Assembly (NCBI GenBank): GCA_030834445.1
Contig: JAURFC010000001.1
Location: 286,963-350,962 of the forward strand
DNA: 64,000 nt
Reading direction: 5' to 3'
DNA from: Bacillota bacterium
Lineage (GTDB): Bacteria > Bacillota_I > Bacilli_A > RFN20 > CAG-826
Part shown: positions 9,345 through 18,621 of the stretch, in pieces
Layout: every line of letters starts with the position of its first letter
How positions within the stretch are numbered: position 1 is the stretch's first letter
Translations under genes and position numbers: made by a program
The notes under the pieces: model-generated
What the model was told of the DNA's origin: nothing
What the model saw: the letters and a program-made list of their open reading frames with translations, nothing else
Database searches by the model: none

Positions 9345-10114
9345 AAGTAAACATTCTCCAATCGATTCACAATGACATACCCTTCTAAATTACGTACATC
9401 AGGACGGTTATACGTATACCGTGTTCCATCGGGTTTTATAAAGTAACCGCCTGCTTCGGTGACCAGGATGTCACTGGCCGCGGTATCCCATTCTTTGGTC
9501 CCTTCTGAAAGTCGGTAGGTAATTTCAGCAAGCCCTTGGGCAATTTTACACGCTTTAATCGCACTTCCGAAAGCCGCTCTTTTTGTAATGACATGCGCAT
9601 AACGGTCCATCACAGCCAGCTCATTCTTCTTGCTATGAAATCGTGACATGAGCACGGTTAAATCCTTTGTTTTGTTATTTACATGAATCCGTTGATCAGG
9701 CCCTTGATGACGATAAAATGCACCGTGTCCTTCACTGGCGTAATACGTTTCTCCGGTTACAGGAATCATGATCAGTCCGGCAATGACCCGATGACGATAC
9801 ACCAAGGCAATATTAATGGTGAATTCATCATTCTTTGCGACGAAATCTTTGGTACCATCCACGGGATCGACCACCCAAACATAGTCCTTTTCAAGTCGGA
9901 TTAAATCATCGTCGGTTTCTTCAGTGAGAAAACCAAAGTCCGGATAACGTTCCTTTAAATACGAGGAAATCACGTCATCCGCTCGTTTATCCGCTTCTGT
10001 TACGGGTGAATGGTCTTCTTTTTGTTCAACCGAGAAAGGTTGTTGGTACACCTCAAGAATCACTTTTTGCGCACGTTTCGCTGCTTCATAAGCGTCGATT
10101 AAAAATAAATTCAT
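9341..10114 (-). CDS. cysQ: Inositol-monophosphatase family 3'(2'),5'-bisphosphate nucleotidase (CysQ-like)
   Basis: FLTEETDDD and WVVDPVDGTKDF are IMPase signatures. The 257-aa gene overlaps the 5'-nucleotidase gene by 4 nt. Confidence 0.7.
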   Translation of the reverse strand: MNLFLIDAYEAAKRAQKVILEVYQQPFSVEQKEDHSPVTEADKRADDVISSYLKERYPDFGFLTEETDDDLIRLEKDYVWVVDPVDGTKDFVAKNDEFTINIALVYRHRVIAGLIMIPVTGETYYASEGHGAFYRHQGPDQRIHVNNKTKDLTVLMSRFHSKKNELAVMDRYAHVITKRAAFGSAIKACKIAQGLAEITYRLSEGTKEWDTAASDILVTEAGGYFIKPDGTRYTYNRPDVRNLEGYVIVNRLENVYL

Positions 10115-10140
10115 AATGTTATTGTACGTGAAGAGAATAA

Positions 10141-10170
10141 AAAAACCTAGGTTTCCCTAGGTTTTTTTGA
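10141..10170 (-). terminator. Rho-independent terminator downstream of fba
   Basis: The palindrome AAACCTAGGTTTCCCTAGGTTT is flanked by A/T runs and gives a T-run on the minus strand. Confidence 0.7.
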
Positions 10171-10176
10171 ACTTCA

Positions 10177-11040
10177 TTATTCCGCTTTTCCGATACAACC
10201 AAAGACTTCGTATTTGGCTTTAACGACTTTACGAATCCCTTCTTTTCCGGGGCCAATAATCTTGCGAGGATCATAGACTTTCGGATCTTTATTAAGAACC
10301 TCACGGACAATTTTCGTCCATTCGATTTGGTTTTCTGTATTAACGTTGATTTTCGCGGTGCCCCGTTCAATCGCCATACGGAGTTGGTTATCAGGAATGC
10401 CAGATCCACCATGAAGCACGAGGGGTAAACCCGTTAAATCATGAATTTCTTTCATTTCAGCAAACCCTAATTTCGGTTCTCCTTGATAGGGACCATGGAC
10501 GGACCCTAAGGCTGGAGCTAACGTATCAATGCCCGTGGCTTGTACAAGCTTTAAGCATTCGGCAGGAACGGCATAAAATGTTTCAGCGACAACGTGGTCT
10601 TCTTGACCACCGACGCGACCTAATTCTGCTTCCACAGAAACAAGGGGGGTTTGTTTATGCGCGTAATCAACGACTTCTTTGGTTTGGCGAATGTTTTCTT
10701 CTAAGGTTTCATGAGAGGCATCAATCATGACCGAAGTAAAACCTGCATCAATGGCTTTTTTACAGACTTCAACCGATTCACCGTGGTCTAAATGAACAGC
10801 GATAGGAATCGTGTAACCTTTATCTTTAATTAATCCTTTGACCATGCCCATGACCGTGTTAAACCCACCCATGTACTTGGCGGCCCCACTGGAAACGCCT
10901 AAAATAACAGGCGCTTTGAGCGCTTGGCATTCTTCTAAGATGGCGAGCGTCCATTCTAAATTGTTGATGTTAAATTGCGCGACTGCGTATTTTTCTTCGT
11001 GCGCTTTAATCAACATCTCTTTCATACTCACTAATGGCAT
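10177..11040 (-). CDS. fba: Fructose-bisphosphate aldolase class II
   Basis: The 287-aa product [30 protein letters not shown]...HLDHG...LHGGSG has the class II FBA motifs. Confidence 0.9.
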   Translation of the reverse strand: MPLVSMKEMLIKAHEEKYAVAQFNINNLEWTLAILEECQALKAPVILGVSSGAAKYMGGFNTVMGMVKGLIKDKGYTIPIAVHLDHGESVEVCKKAIDAGFTSVMIDASHETLEENIRQTKEVVDYAHKQTPLVSVEAELGRVGGQEDHVVAETFYAVPAECLKLVQATGIDTLAPALGSVHGPYQGEPKLGFAEMKEIHDLTGLPLVLHGGSGIPDNQLRMAIERGTAKINVNTENQIEWTKIVREVLNKDPKVYDPRKIIGPGKEGIRKVVKAKYEVFGCIGKAE

Positions 11041-11067
11041 AATGGTACCTTCCTTTCTTTTAAAACC

Positions 11068-11436
11068 TTATGCAGCTTCTTCTTCGTGATCGGAAACATC
11101 ATCGTCTTCGGCTTCTTCATCGTCAGTTTCTTCATCTTCTTCAAACGTTTCTTCGTCATCAACAGGTGTTGTTTCTAACGTTTCAACATCTTTAAACACG
11201 CCGCGAGCATCATCATAAAGTTCTTTGAAACTATAACGTGCCTTTAAGGACCATTTGTTCCCACCGACCGCGACAAAACGACCATCTAAGGTCAGTAATT
11301 GATAAAAACGACCAATTTGTGCATCTTGAGCCGCGTCATCTTGGGAACGAACATACGCCCAAATGTCTTGAAAACTGACAGGATCCTTTTGATTTCCAAC
11401 AAATTCATAGGCTAATTCAATCATCGATTTTGGCAT
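11068..11436 (-). CDS. rpoE: DNA-directed RNA polymerase delta subunit
   Basis: The N-terminal HARE-HTH region (MIELAYEFV...SFQDIWAYV) is followed by a polyacidic tail DDEETFEEDEETDDEEAEDDD. This subunit is Firmicutes-specific. Confidence 0.85.
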   Translation of the reverse strand: MPKSMIELAYEFVGNQKDPVSFQDIWAYVRSQDDAAQDAQIGRFYQLLTLDGRFVAVGGNKWSLKARYSFKELYDDARGVFKDVETLETTPVDDEETFEEDEETDDEEAEDDDVSDHEEEAA

Positions 11437-11449
11437 GAATGTACCTCTT

Positions 11450-13072
11450 TTACATACTTTCTAATGCGGTAATACCGCATAAACGGAGTGCGTTTGCCAA
11501 AACCATTTGACTTGCTTTCACAAGCGCTAATCGCGATTGTGAGAGTTCTTTTTGATCTCGGTCAATAACCCGCCTATTAGTATAGAAACTATGCGTATAA
11601 CTTGCAAGGAGTTGAATGTAATTCGTGATCTTGGAAGGTTCTTTTTCTTTGGCCGCATCAAGGACAACTTGAGGGAAAGCAGCAAGATGTTTTAATAAAT
11701 CGACTTCTTCCGGTTCTTCTAGGCGCGGTGCTTTTTCATCCATGCCAATATCTGCCCCGTTTTTTAATAAGGTGCTTAAGCGGGCATGGGCATATTGGGC
11801 ATAGTAAAGTGGATTGACGTTGCTCATGGTTTTTGCGAGATCTAAATCAAATTCCATCGGTTGATGATACGAACGCGCCAAAATAAAATAACGCGCAGCA
11901 TCTTTACCCACTTCTTCGACTAAATCTCTAAACGTTATACCTTTTCCTGTCCGTTTACTCATCTTCACTTCTTGACCTTGTTGAACGAGGGTCACAAGTT
12001 GCATGACGACAACGTCTAACACATCCTCCCCGTAACCAAGCATTATAAGGGCTGCTTTCATCCGGGAAATATATCCGTGATGATCGGGACCAAGAACATC
12101 AATGAGTTGGGTTGATCCTCGCTTCAATTTATCTTCATGATAAGCAATATCCGGTAAAAAGTACGTCATTTGACCATCGGATTTAATCAAAACGCGATCT
12201 TTATCATCGCCTCGGGCGGTAGTCTTTAAGTAGGTGGCGCCTTGGTCTACATAGACAAACGGTTGAAGGCGTTTTAAAACATCTTCAATCATCGATGTAG
12301 CCCGCAGTTCTTTTTCGGAACGATATACATCAAAGACAACCCCTAAGGATGCTAGGTCCTCACGAATACGGGTTAATTCTTTCTCCATGGCATAATGTTT
12401 AAAAAAGTCTTCCTCATAGTGATTTTCATATTGGTTGCCCGCGGTATCCACAAGTTCTTGCGCAATGGCAATGATGTCTGGTCCGTAGTAACCATCCTCG
12501 GGTAACGTCATCGCATGCCCTAAATGTTCCATGTAGCGGCAATAAAGAGATCGGCCTAAATTTTGTATTTGGGCACCAGCGTCATTAATATAAAATTCTT
12601 TGGTTATGGTATAACCGACATGTTTTAATAGTGTCGCGATCGCATCGCCTAATGCCGCACCACGTGCATGAGCGACATGCATCGGACCGGTAGGATTGGC
12701 AGAAACAAATTCAATATTCATGGTTTTGCCTTCGCCGATGGTCGATTTCCCATAATCTTTACCTAATGCAAAAATGGTGGAAATGAGCGAGGATAATTCT
12801 GCTTTTTTAATCGTAAAGTTTAAAAAACCTGGCCCTGCGACATCAATTTTTTCAACGACATCTAAGACTAAATGCGTTTGAATGTATGCGGCAAGTTCAT
12901 TTGGTTTTTTACCAAGTTGTTTCGCGTAACGTAAACATACATTGCTGGCATAATCACCAAATTTATGGTCTTTGGTCGTTTCAATGACAATCTCGTTTTC
13001 TTGTAACGTTACATTAAGTTTCAAAAAAATTTCGATTAACGCTTTTTTTAAGGCAAGAATAATCGGATTCAT
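11450..13072 (-). CDS. argS: Arginine--tRNA ligase
   Basis: The class I HIGH motif is SANPTGPMHVAHARGA and the KMSK-like motif is VKMSKRTG. The protein is 540 aa. Confidence 0.9.
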   Translation of the reverse strand: MNPIILALKKALIEIFLKLNVTLQENEIVIETTKDHKFGDYASNVCLRYAKQLGKKPNELAAYIQTHLVLDVVEKIDVAGPGFLNFTIKKAELSSLISTIFALGKDYGKSTIGEGKTMNIEFVSANPTGPMHVAHARGAALGDAIATLLKHVGYTITKEFYINDAGAQIQNLGRSLYCRYMEHLGHAMTLPEDGYYGPDIIAIAQELVDTAGNQYENHYEEDFFKHYAMEKELTRIREDLASLGVVFDVYRSEKELRATSMIEDVLKRLQPFVYVDQGATYLKTTARGDDKDRVLIKSDGQMTYFLPDIAYHEDKLKRGSTQLIDVLGPDHHGYISRMKAALIMLGYGEDVLDVVVMQLVTLVQQGQEVKMSKRTGKGITFRDLVEEVGKDAARYFILARSYHQPMEFDLDLAKTMSNVNPLYYAQYAHARLSTLLKNGADIGMDEKAPRLEEPEEVDLLKHLAAFPQVVLDAAKEKEPSKITNYIQLLASYTHSFYTNRRVIDRDQKELSQSRLALVKASQMVLANALRLCGITALESM

Positions 13073-14523
13073 AAGGCGTTAATTCTCGCAATCGTCAATG
13101 TCTTCCCTAAAACAGGAATGAGTGCTGCCATTTCCACCCCATGAAGTTGCCCAGTTAAAGCAAGGCGAATCGGCATAAACAAGGGTTTTCCTTTGATTCC
13201 CGTCGTAGTTTGAACGGCTTTAAACAACACTTTGACCGATTCCGGCGTTAATGTTTCTAAGCGCGATAGCTCCTCTAAAAAAGCGGCAACAGCTCGAGGC
13301 GTTTCCGGTAAGGCAAGAATCGCTTTTGCTTCTTCATCCCAGTTTGGTGACGGCGCTAAAATGGGTTTCATCAAGTCGATGACATTTTCACCAAACGTAA
13401 TTTGTTCTTGGAAAAGTCGAGCAACCGCAAGCACTTGGTTTTTTGATAAGTCAGTCGGTGCGAGGGCTAAGGCTTTTTGAACAAACGGGTCAATGAAGGA
13501 AACATACGCTGTTTCACTTAACGCTTTGATGTATTGATGGTTTAACCAATTGAGTTTTTGAACATCAAAAAAGGAGGGTGATTTTGAGAGTCGTTGGGGA
13601 TCAAAAGCAGCAATGGCTTCCTCTTTGGTAAACATTTCTTGTGTCCCTTCTGGAGCCCAACCGAGTAATAAAATAAAATTAAAAATTGCTTCAGGTAAAT
13701 ATCCTAATTGACGATATTGCGACATGAATTGGACAATGGAAAGATCGCGTTTGGATAACTTTTTCCCTTGTTCATTGACGATCAAGGTCATATGCCCAAA
13801 TTGAGGTGGTGTCCATCCTAAATAATCATAAATTTGTAATTGTTTTGGGGTATTGGATAAGTGTTCTTCACCGCGAAAAACATGGGAGATATCCATCAGA
13901 TAATCATCAATGACGACTGCATAATTATAGGTGGGAATGCCGTTTGATTTGATAAGTACCCAATCCCCAATATCGTCGTTATTAAACGAAACGTCGCCAC
14001 GAACGAGATCATGGAATGTAAACGTTTTGTGATCTTCTAATTTCAGGCGAATCACTGGTTTACGGCCTTCTTCTTCAAAGGCACGACGTTGAGCATCGGT
14101 TAAATGCAAACAGCGACGGTCATATTGTGGTGCAACGATCCCCCGAGCCATTTGTTCTTCACGGGATTGTTCAAGTTCTGCTTCGCTACAATAGCATGGA
14201 TATGCCTTTCCTTCTTTGACGAGTTGTTGCGCATACGTTTGATATGTATCGAGGCGTTCCATTTGCCGATACGGGGCGTAGCGTGGATTCGTTTTTAAAG
14301 GCGATTCATCGGGAACAATACCAAGCCAGGCTAAGTCATGAAGTTGGCTCACTTCCCCGCCTTCGACATTGCGTTCAATATCCGTATCTTCGACACGAAT
14401 AATAAAATCGCCCCCTTGTTTTTTTGCAAATAAATAATTAAAAAGCGCGGTCCGGGCGCCTCCAATATGTAAAAAACCTGTTGGGGATGGCGCGTAACGA
14501 ACACGAATACGTTGTGGGTTCAT
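13069..14523 (-). CDS. gltX: Glutamate--tRNA ligase
   Basis: YAPSPTGFLHIGGARTALFNYLFAKK is the HIGH motif and KLSKR is also present. The start is taken at MMNPQRIRV (485 aa), 1 nt after the ychF stop. The longer ORF-track N-terminus would overlap ychF. Confidence 0.8.
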   Translation of the reverse strand: MNPQRIRVRYAPSPTGFLHIGGARTALFNYLFAKKQGGDFIIRVEDTDIERNVEGGEVSQLHDLAWLGIVPDESPLKTNPRYAPYRQMERLDTYQTYAQQLVKEGKAYPCYCSEAELEQSREEQMARGIVAPQYDRRCLHLTDAQRRAFEEEGRKPVIRLKLEDHKTFTFHDLVRGDVSFNNDDIGDWVLIKSNGIPTYNYAVVIDDYLMDISHVFRGEEHLSNTPKQLQIYDYLGWTPPQFGHMTLIVNEQGKKLSKRDLSIVQFMSQYRQLGYLPEAIFNFILLLGWAPEGTQEMFTKEEAIAAFDPQRLSKSPSFFDVQKLNWLNHQYIKALSETAYVSFIDPFVQKALALAPTDLSKNQVLAVARLFQEQITFGENVIDLMKPILAPSPNWDEEAKAILALPETPRAVAAFLEELSRLETLTPESVKVLFKAVQTTTGIKGKPLFMPIRLALTGQLHGVEMAALIPVLGKTLTIARINAL

Positions 14524-14527
14524 CATA

Positions 14528-15628
14528 TTAAACATTAAAGCGGAAAAAGATGATATCTCCATCTTTGACCACATAATCCTTTCCTTCCATACGGAGTTTT
14601 CCAGCTTCCTTGACCGCCAGTTCACTGCGTAATGTTTTGATATCGTCATAACGATAAATTTCGGCTTTGATAAAACCTTTTTCAAAGTCGGAATGAATAA
14701 TTCCTGCGCACTGCGGTGCCGTCATGCCACTAGTAAAGGTCCATGCGCGGCATTCATCTTGTCCCACGGTAAAATAGGTCGAAAGATTTAATAAGGAATA
14801 CGTGGCACGAACTAATTTATTGAGTCCAGGTTCACTTACGCCAAGGGAGGTCAAAAATTCTTGTTTTTCTTGCCCGTCGAGTTGTGCGATTTGGCTTTCA
14901 ATTTCACAGGAGATGGCAATCACACTCGCCTGATCACGTTTTGCCCGTTCCACCACCGTTTGATAATACGGGTTGGCTGCGAGTGAGGCATAACCATCTT
15001 CTTGAATGTTCGCAACAAATAAAATCGGTTTTAATGTGAGTAAGGAGGTGGCCGATAGAAGATTTTTTTCTTCAGGTGTTAATCCCATTTGGCGCACCGG
15101 TTTTTCACTCACTAACCAGGCTTTAACTTTCTCAAGTAAGGCAAGTTCCTGAATGGCGATTCGATCGCCCCCTTTGGCTTTACTTGATACTTTGTCGATA
15201 CGACGTTGCACGGTATCAAGGTCTGAAAGAATGAGTTCTAAATCAATAATATTTATATCGCGTAACGGATCCACCGTGTTTTCAACGTGAATAATATCGG
15301 GATTATCAAAGCAGCGAACCACTTCAACAATCGCATCCGCTTCGCGGATTGCGGCTAAAAATTGATTCCCTAAGCCTTCACCTTGACTCGCCCCACGGAC
15401 TAATCCGGCAATATCGACAAAATCAACGGTCGCAAAAATTGTTTTTTTCGGTTGAAAAAGCGCACTCAAATCAAGAAGACGTTCATCTTCGACTTTGACA
15501 ACACCCGTGTTGGGATTAATGGTTGCAAAAGGGTAATTGGCCGCTTCCACTTGCGCATTTGTAATCGCGTTAAATAAGGTGGATTTACCCACATTCGGAA
15601 GTCCAACAATGCCTGCTTTCAGTCCCAT
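14528..15628 (-). CDS. ychF: Ribosome-binding ATPase YchF (Obg-family GTPase)
   Basis: MGLKAGIVGLPNVGKSTLFNA is the G1 motif. The 366-aa protein has a C-terminal TGS domain. Confidence 0.9.
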   Translation of the reverse strand: MGLKAGIVGLPNVGKSTLFNAITNAQVEAANYPFATINPNTGVVKVEDERLLDLSALFQPKKTIFATVDFVDIAGLVRGASQGEGLGNQFLAAIREADAIVEVVRCFDNPDIIHVENTVDPLRDINIIDLELILSDLDTVQRRIDKVSSKAKGGDRIAIQELALLEKVKAWLVSEKPVRQMGLTPEEKNLLSATSLLTLKPILFVANIQEDGYASLAANPYYQTVVERAKRDQASVIAISCEIESQIAQLDGQEKQEFLTSLGVSEPGLNKLVRATYSLLNLSTYFTVGQDECRAWTFTSGMTAPQCAGIIHSDFEKGFIKAEIYRYDDIKTLRSELAVKEAGKLRMEGKDYVVKDGDIIFFRFNV

Positions 15629-15682
15629 AATTTTTTACCTTTACCATTATAAATGAAAAGCTTGAAATAATGTAGAAAAAAA

Positions 15683-15710
15683 GTCGCTTTTTGAGCGACT
15701 TTTTATTGAG
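15683..15710 (-). terminator. Rho-independent terminator downstream of csp
   Basis: The hairpin AAAAAGTCGCTTTTTGAGCGACTTTTT has T-runs in both orientations. Confidence 0.7.
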
Positions 15711-15731
15711 CTTAAATCGTTAATAAACTAA

Positions 15732-15929
15732 TTAAAGTTTTTTAATGTTCTTCGCACGGGGACCACGATCGGAATCTTCAACTTCGAATTCTACTTCTTC
15801 ATCTGCTTCTGCGGTCTTGTAACCATCCATAAGGATTGAAGAGTGGTGGAAGAATACATCTTTACCATCTTCAGCGCGAATGAAGCCATAGCCTTTTTCT
15901 TTGTTGAACATCTTGACTTTGCCTTTCAT
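15732..15929 (-). CDS. cspA: Cold-shock protein (CspA family)
   Basis: The 65-aa product has KGKVKMFNKEKGYGFI (RNP1) and VFFHHSSI (RNP2). Confidence 0.9.
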   Translation of the reverse strand: MKGKVKMFNKEKGYGFIRAEDGKDVFFHHSSILMDGYKTAEADEEVEFEVEDSDRGPRAKNIKKL

Positions 15930-16026
15930 CGAAACCTAAACCTTTCACCTAAGTATTAGTAATACACACAAAAATGCGGATTACGTAAATGATAATAACA
16001 CACTTTTTTTAAAAACATAGGGATAT

Positions 16027-18621
16027 TTACCAAAGTTTTTGGATTTGTGGAGAAACCTCATAAAGTACGAGCTTTCTACCTAAACCAAAAAAACCAACGA
16101 ATCCCATTCCTAAAATGAGAAAGATTACCCAAGGAAATGCGTAGGAATCACGCATTCCAAGTTGGGATGCCCATAAGGATTGAAGCAATCCATCAAGGGG
16201 AATAAAACTAAAACTAACACTTAAAAATAATATGAAACAAAGATGCATTAATTTCACATCCATGAATAAATGAAGGTCATTCTGAGAAAAACCATCATGT
16301 GCCAACGTCACCAAAGCGTCAATTTCTCCTTCCAGTTGGTGCAAAAATTGTTGTAAAAAAAGGAATAAACTTGGTATAAGAAAGAGTAACGTTAATCCGA
16401 GTAACAGCGCATTAAAGTAGAAACGAAGTTGTTGAATCGAAGCACTTAATTGTTGCAAGGGTTCCGTTTGAATCCAATCTTGAAGGTCAATGGGTTCATC
16501 ACCAAAATAGGCATAGTTTTCTGGCTGTAAGGAGGACGATCCGATGGGCGTATTCAAAAGAAGATAATATTCCCATTGTAGCGGGGAGAGATAAATCACA
16601 AAGTTTTCCTGCTCGATGATGTAATCAATAGGAATGTTTGTATGAATACGGAACGTATCCAAAAAGAGTGACAAATGAAGCTCCTCTGAGATTTGCACAT
16701 TTAATAACGTGGCGAGACTACGTGATATGCCCACCTGATTCCACGCGAGTGTGGCATCATACGTGTTTAACGTGACACTCGCTTGAGCTCCTAAATAAAG
16801 ATGACTTCGCGCCGTTTCAGGAGGTGGTTCTGTTGCCAACCATTCTAAGAGCGTAAAGGATTGGAATGCGTCAAGCCACTCTGCTTCGATTAATGACACC
16901 TTCGTCCAAAATAGAGGAATCATAAAGCCTTGCATCCATTGTTTAGGAAGAAATTGATAACCTAATTGCGAGTGAACCATCCCCTTTTCTCTTAAGCCGT
17001 CATGGGGTGGTTTTTGCAAGGAAATCGGTCGGGAATGTTTCCAAAGTCGATCACTCCAGTCATCCTTTTTTTGAAGATCCCAACCATGATAAAAAGGGTC
17101 ATGAAGAAAGGCATTTATGAAAGAAGGACGATCTTCTTGAAGAATTCGATACGTATAAGGAATATGGGTTTCCATCGGAACAGCATCCATGGGCGATGTC
17201 GGAAAACGCAGCATCGTTTCAAGTAAATGGGTTGGATAATCCAAACGGGAATGAAAAACGGCAAAATGATCATAAGCAAAGATGCCAACAATCTCTAAGG
17301 CAAGTTCATTGTCATAATTCCACCGCGGTTGCTGTATTGAAAAATAAACGAGCGGACGACGTGTTTGCACGTAACGATCCACCGTTTCAAAGGTAGGAAA
17401 TAAACCCCATTGTGTTGAGAAAAAAGTAAGTAAAGCAGGCGGAACACCAAGTAGCATTTCCGTTTCAAGGAGGGTCATTTGTTGATGAGGGAAAGGGGCG
17501 GCATACCCCACATAGTTCACTTCCAGTAAAGATGTTATTGAAAAACCAGGTATAAAAGTTTGAAAACCTCCGTTTTCTAAAAACCCTATTGCTCGGGGAA
17601 AAAACGTATCAAAATACGTAGTATCGAAATCTTTTTGAATGGAGGCATGCGGATGATAGGCAGAAAAAATCTCAATCTCTTCTTCCGATGGTACTGAAGA
17701 ATGATTGTCCAAAGCATAAAGTGGTTCTAACCATTGATAATCTCCTCCTATCATGGTTTTAGCCCACGTTTGAACATACGTATGGATATACATCGAGGTA
17801 CTTCCAATCAGGACCATAAGTAAAAGGATGAAGGTTGGAAGTAATGTAGAAATTCCCTGCTTATTTCGCCGCCAAACCCGTTGATGATACTGCCATAAAA
17901 ACGACCAAGAAAATGCGTGATTCAAACTTTTTTCATGCATCATTCGTACTTTCTTACTCGTTGAATCGAGCTGTGAACTTGGTTGTGGAAAGACGAGCCT
18001 TTCATGCGCAAAGGTTGAAAAATATTCCGCATGATGGGTCGCAACGATTACAAGGTGTTGTAAACTCAATCTCTTGATTAGCTGAGCCAGGCGTTGTTTT
18101 TGATAACCATCGAGACCATCCAAAGGTTCATCCAGCAAGATTATTTTTGGTTTTCCTAATGTGGCTAATAAAACCGCAAGACGTTGTTGTTGGCCCCGCG
18201 ATAATGTCGCGATGGTTTGATGTTTTTTTACATCGGGTATTTCCTGTTGGAACCAAGCATGAGGAAATGTCAGCACACAATGTAATCGCATCACTTGTTG
18301 AATTAATTCTTCCACCATTGCTGCTTTGAGTAATTCTGATTGCTGACGAACGGTATGAACGAGGTGTTGCCGTAATGATAATCGCTGCGATAACGATAAT
18401 TTTTGGAGCAAAACACCATCCACGATGATGCTCCCCATCTGAGGTTTTAACCCTTGAATGAGTCGTAAAAATGTCGTTTTTCCTGATCCACTTTCTCCTA
18501 AAAGCAAGACAAGCCCTTGGGAAGGCGATGTCCAGGAAAAATGGTTAAGAATCCCACGTTGACCATAACCATGTGTGACTTGATCAAAGACGATCAAAAA
18601 TCGATGGCCTCCAATACCCAT
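16027..18621 (-). CDS. Fused ABC ATPase / FtsX-like permease (MacB-type architecture), highly divergent, with a large extracytoplasmic domain
   Basis: The N-terminal NBD has Walker A GESGSGKTT, a degenerate signature LSRGQQQRL, Walker B ILLDEP and an H-loop ATHH. A TM helix is followed by an extracytoplasmic domain of about 480 aa rich in W, H, Q, F and P, then 3 C-terminal TM helices (FtsX-like). The protein is 864 aa. Confidence 0.6.
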   Translation of the reverse strand: MGIGGHRFLIVFDQVTHGYGQRGILNHFSWTSPSQGLVLLLGESGSGKTTFLRLIQGLKPQMGSIIVDGVLLQKLSLSQRLSLRQHLVHTVRQQSELLKAAMVEELIQQVMRLHCVLTFPHAWFQQEIPDVKKHQTIATLSRGQQQRLAVLLATLGKPKIILLDEPLDGLDGYQKQRLAQLIKRLSLQHLVIVATHHAEYFSTFAHERLVFPQPSSQLDSTSKKVRMMHEKSLNHAFSWSFLWQYHQRVWRRNKQGISTLLPTFILLLMVLIGSTSMYIHTYVQTWAKTMIGGDYQWLEPLYALDNHSSVPSEEEIEIFSAYHPHASIQKDFDTTYFDTFFPRAIGFLENGGFQTFIPGFSITSLLEVNYVGYAAPFPHQQMTLLETEMLLGVPPALLTFFSTQWGLFPTFETVDRYVQTRRPLVYFSIQQPRWNYDNELALEIVGIFAYDHFAVFHSRLDYPTHLLETMLRFPTSPMDAVPMETHIPYTYRILQEDRPSFINAFLHDPFYHGWDLQKKDDWSDRLWKHSRPISLQKPPHDGLREKGMVHSQLGYQFLPKQWMQGFMIPLFWTKVSLIEAEWLDAFQSFTLLEWLATEPPPETARSHLYLGAQASVTLNTYDATLAWNQVGISRSLATLLNVQISEELHLSLFLDTFRIHTNIPIDYIIEQENFVIYLSPLQWEYYLLLNTPIGSSSLQPENYAYFGDEPIDLQDWIQTEPLQQLSASIQQLRFYFNALLLGLTLLFLIPSLFLFLQQFLHQLEGEIDALVTLAHDGFSQNDLHLFMDVKLMHLCFILFLSVSFSFIPLDGLLQSLWASQLGMRDSYAFPWVIFLILGMGFVGFFGLGRKLVLYEVSPQIQKLW

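Noticed and set aside
10119-10412. 97-aa minus-strand ORF
   Set aside because: It overlaps the fba 3' end and terminator in another frame.
13069-15700. T-box riboswitch upstream of the gltX/argS operon
   Set aside because: gltX starts 1 nt after ychF, and the ychF upstream region is only about 100 nt and is occupied by the csp terminator. There is no room for a T-box leader of about 250 nt.
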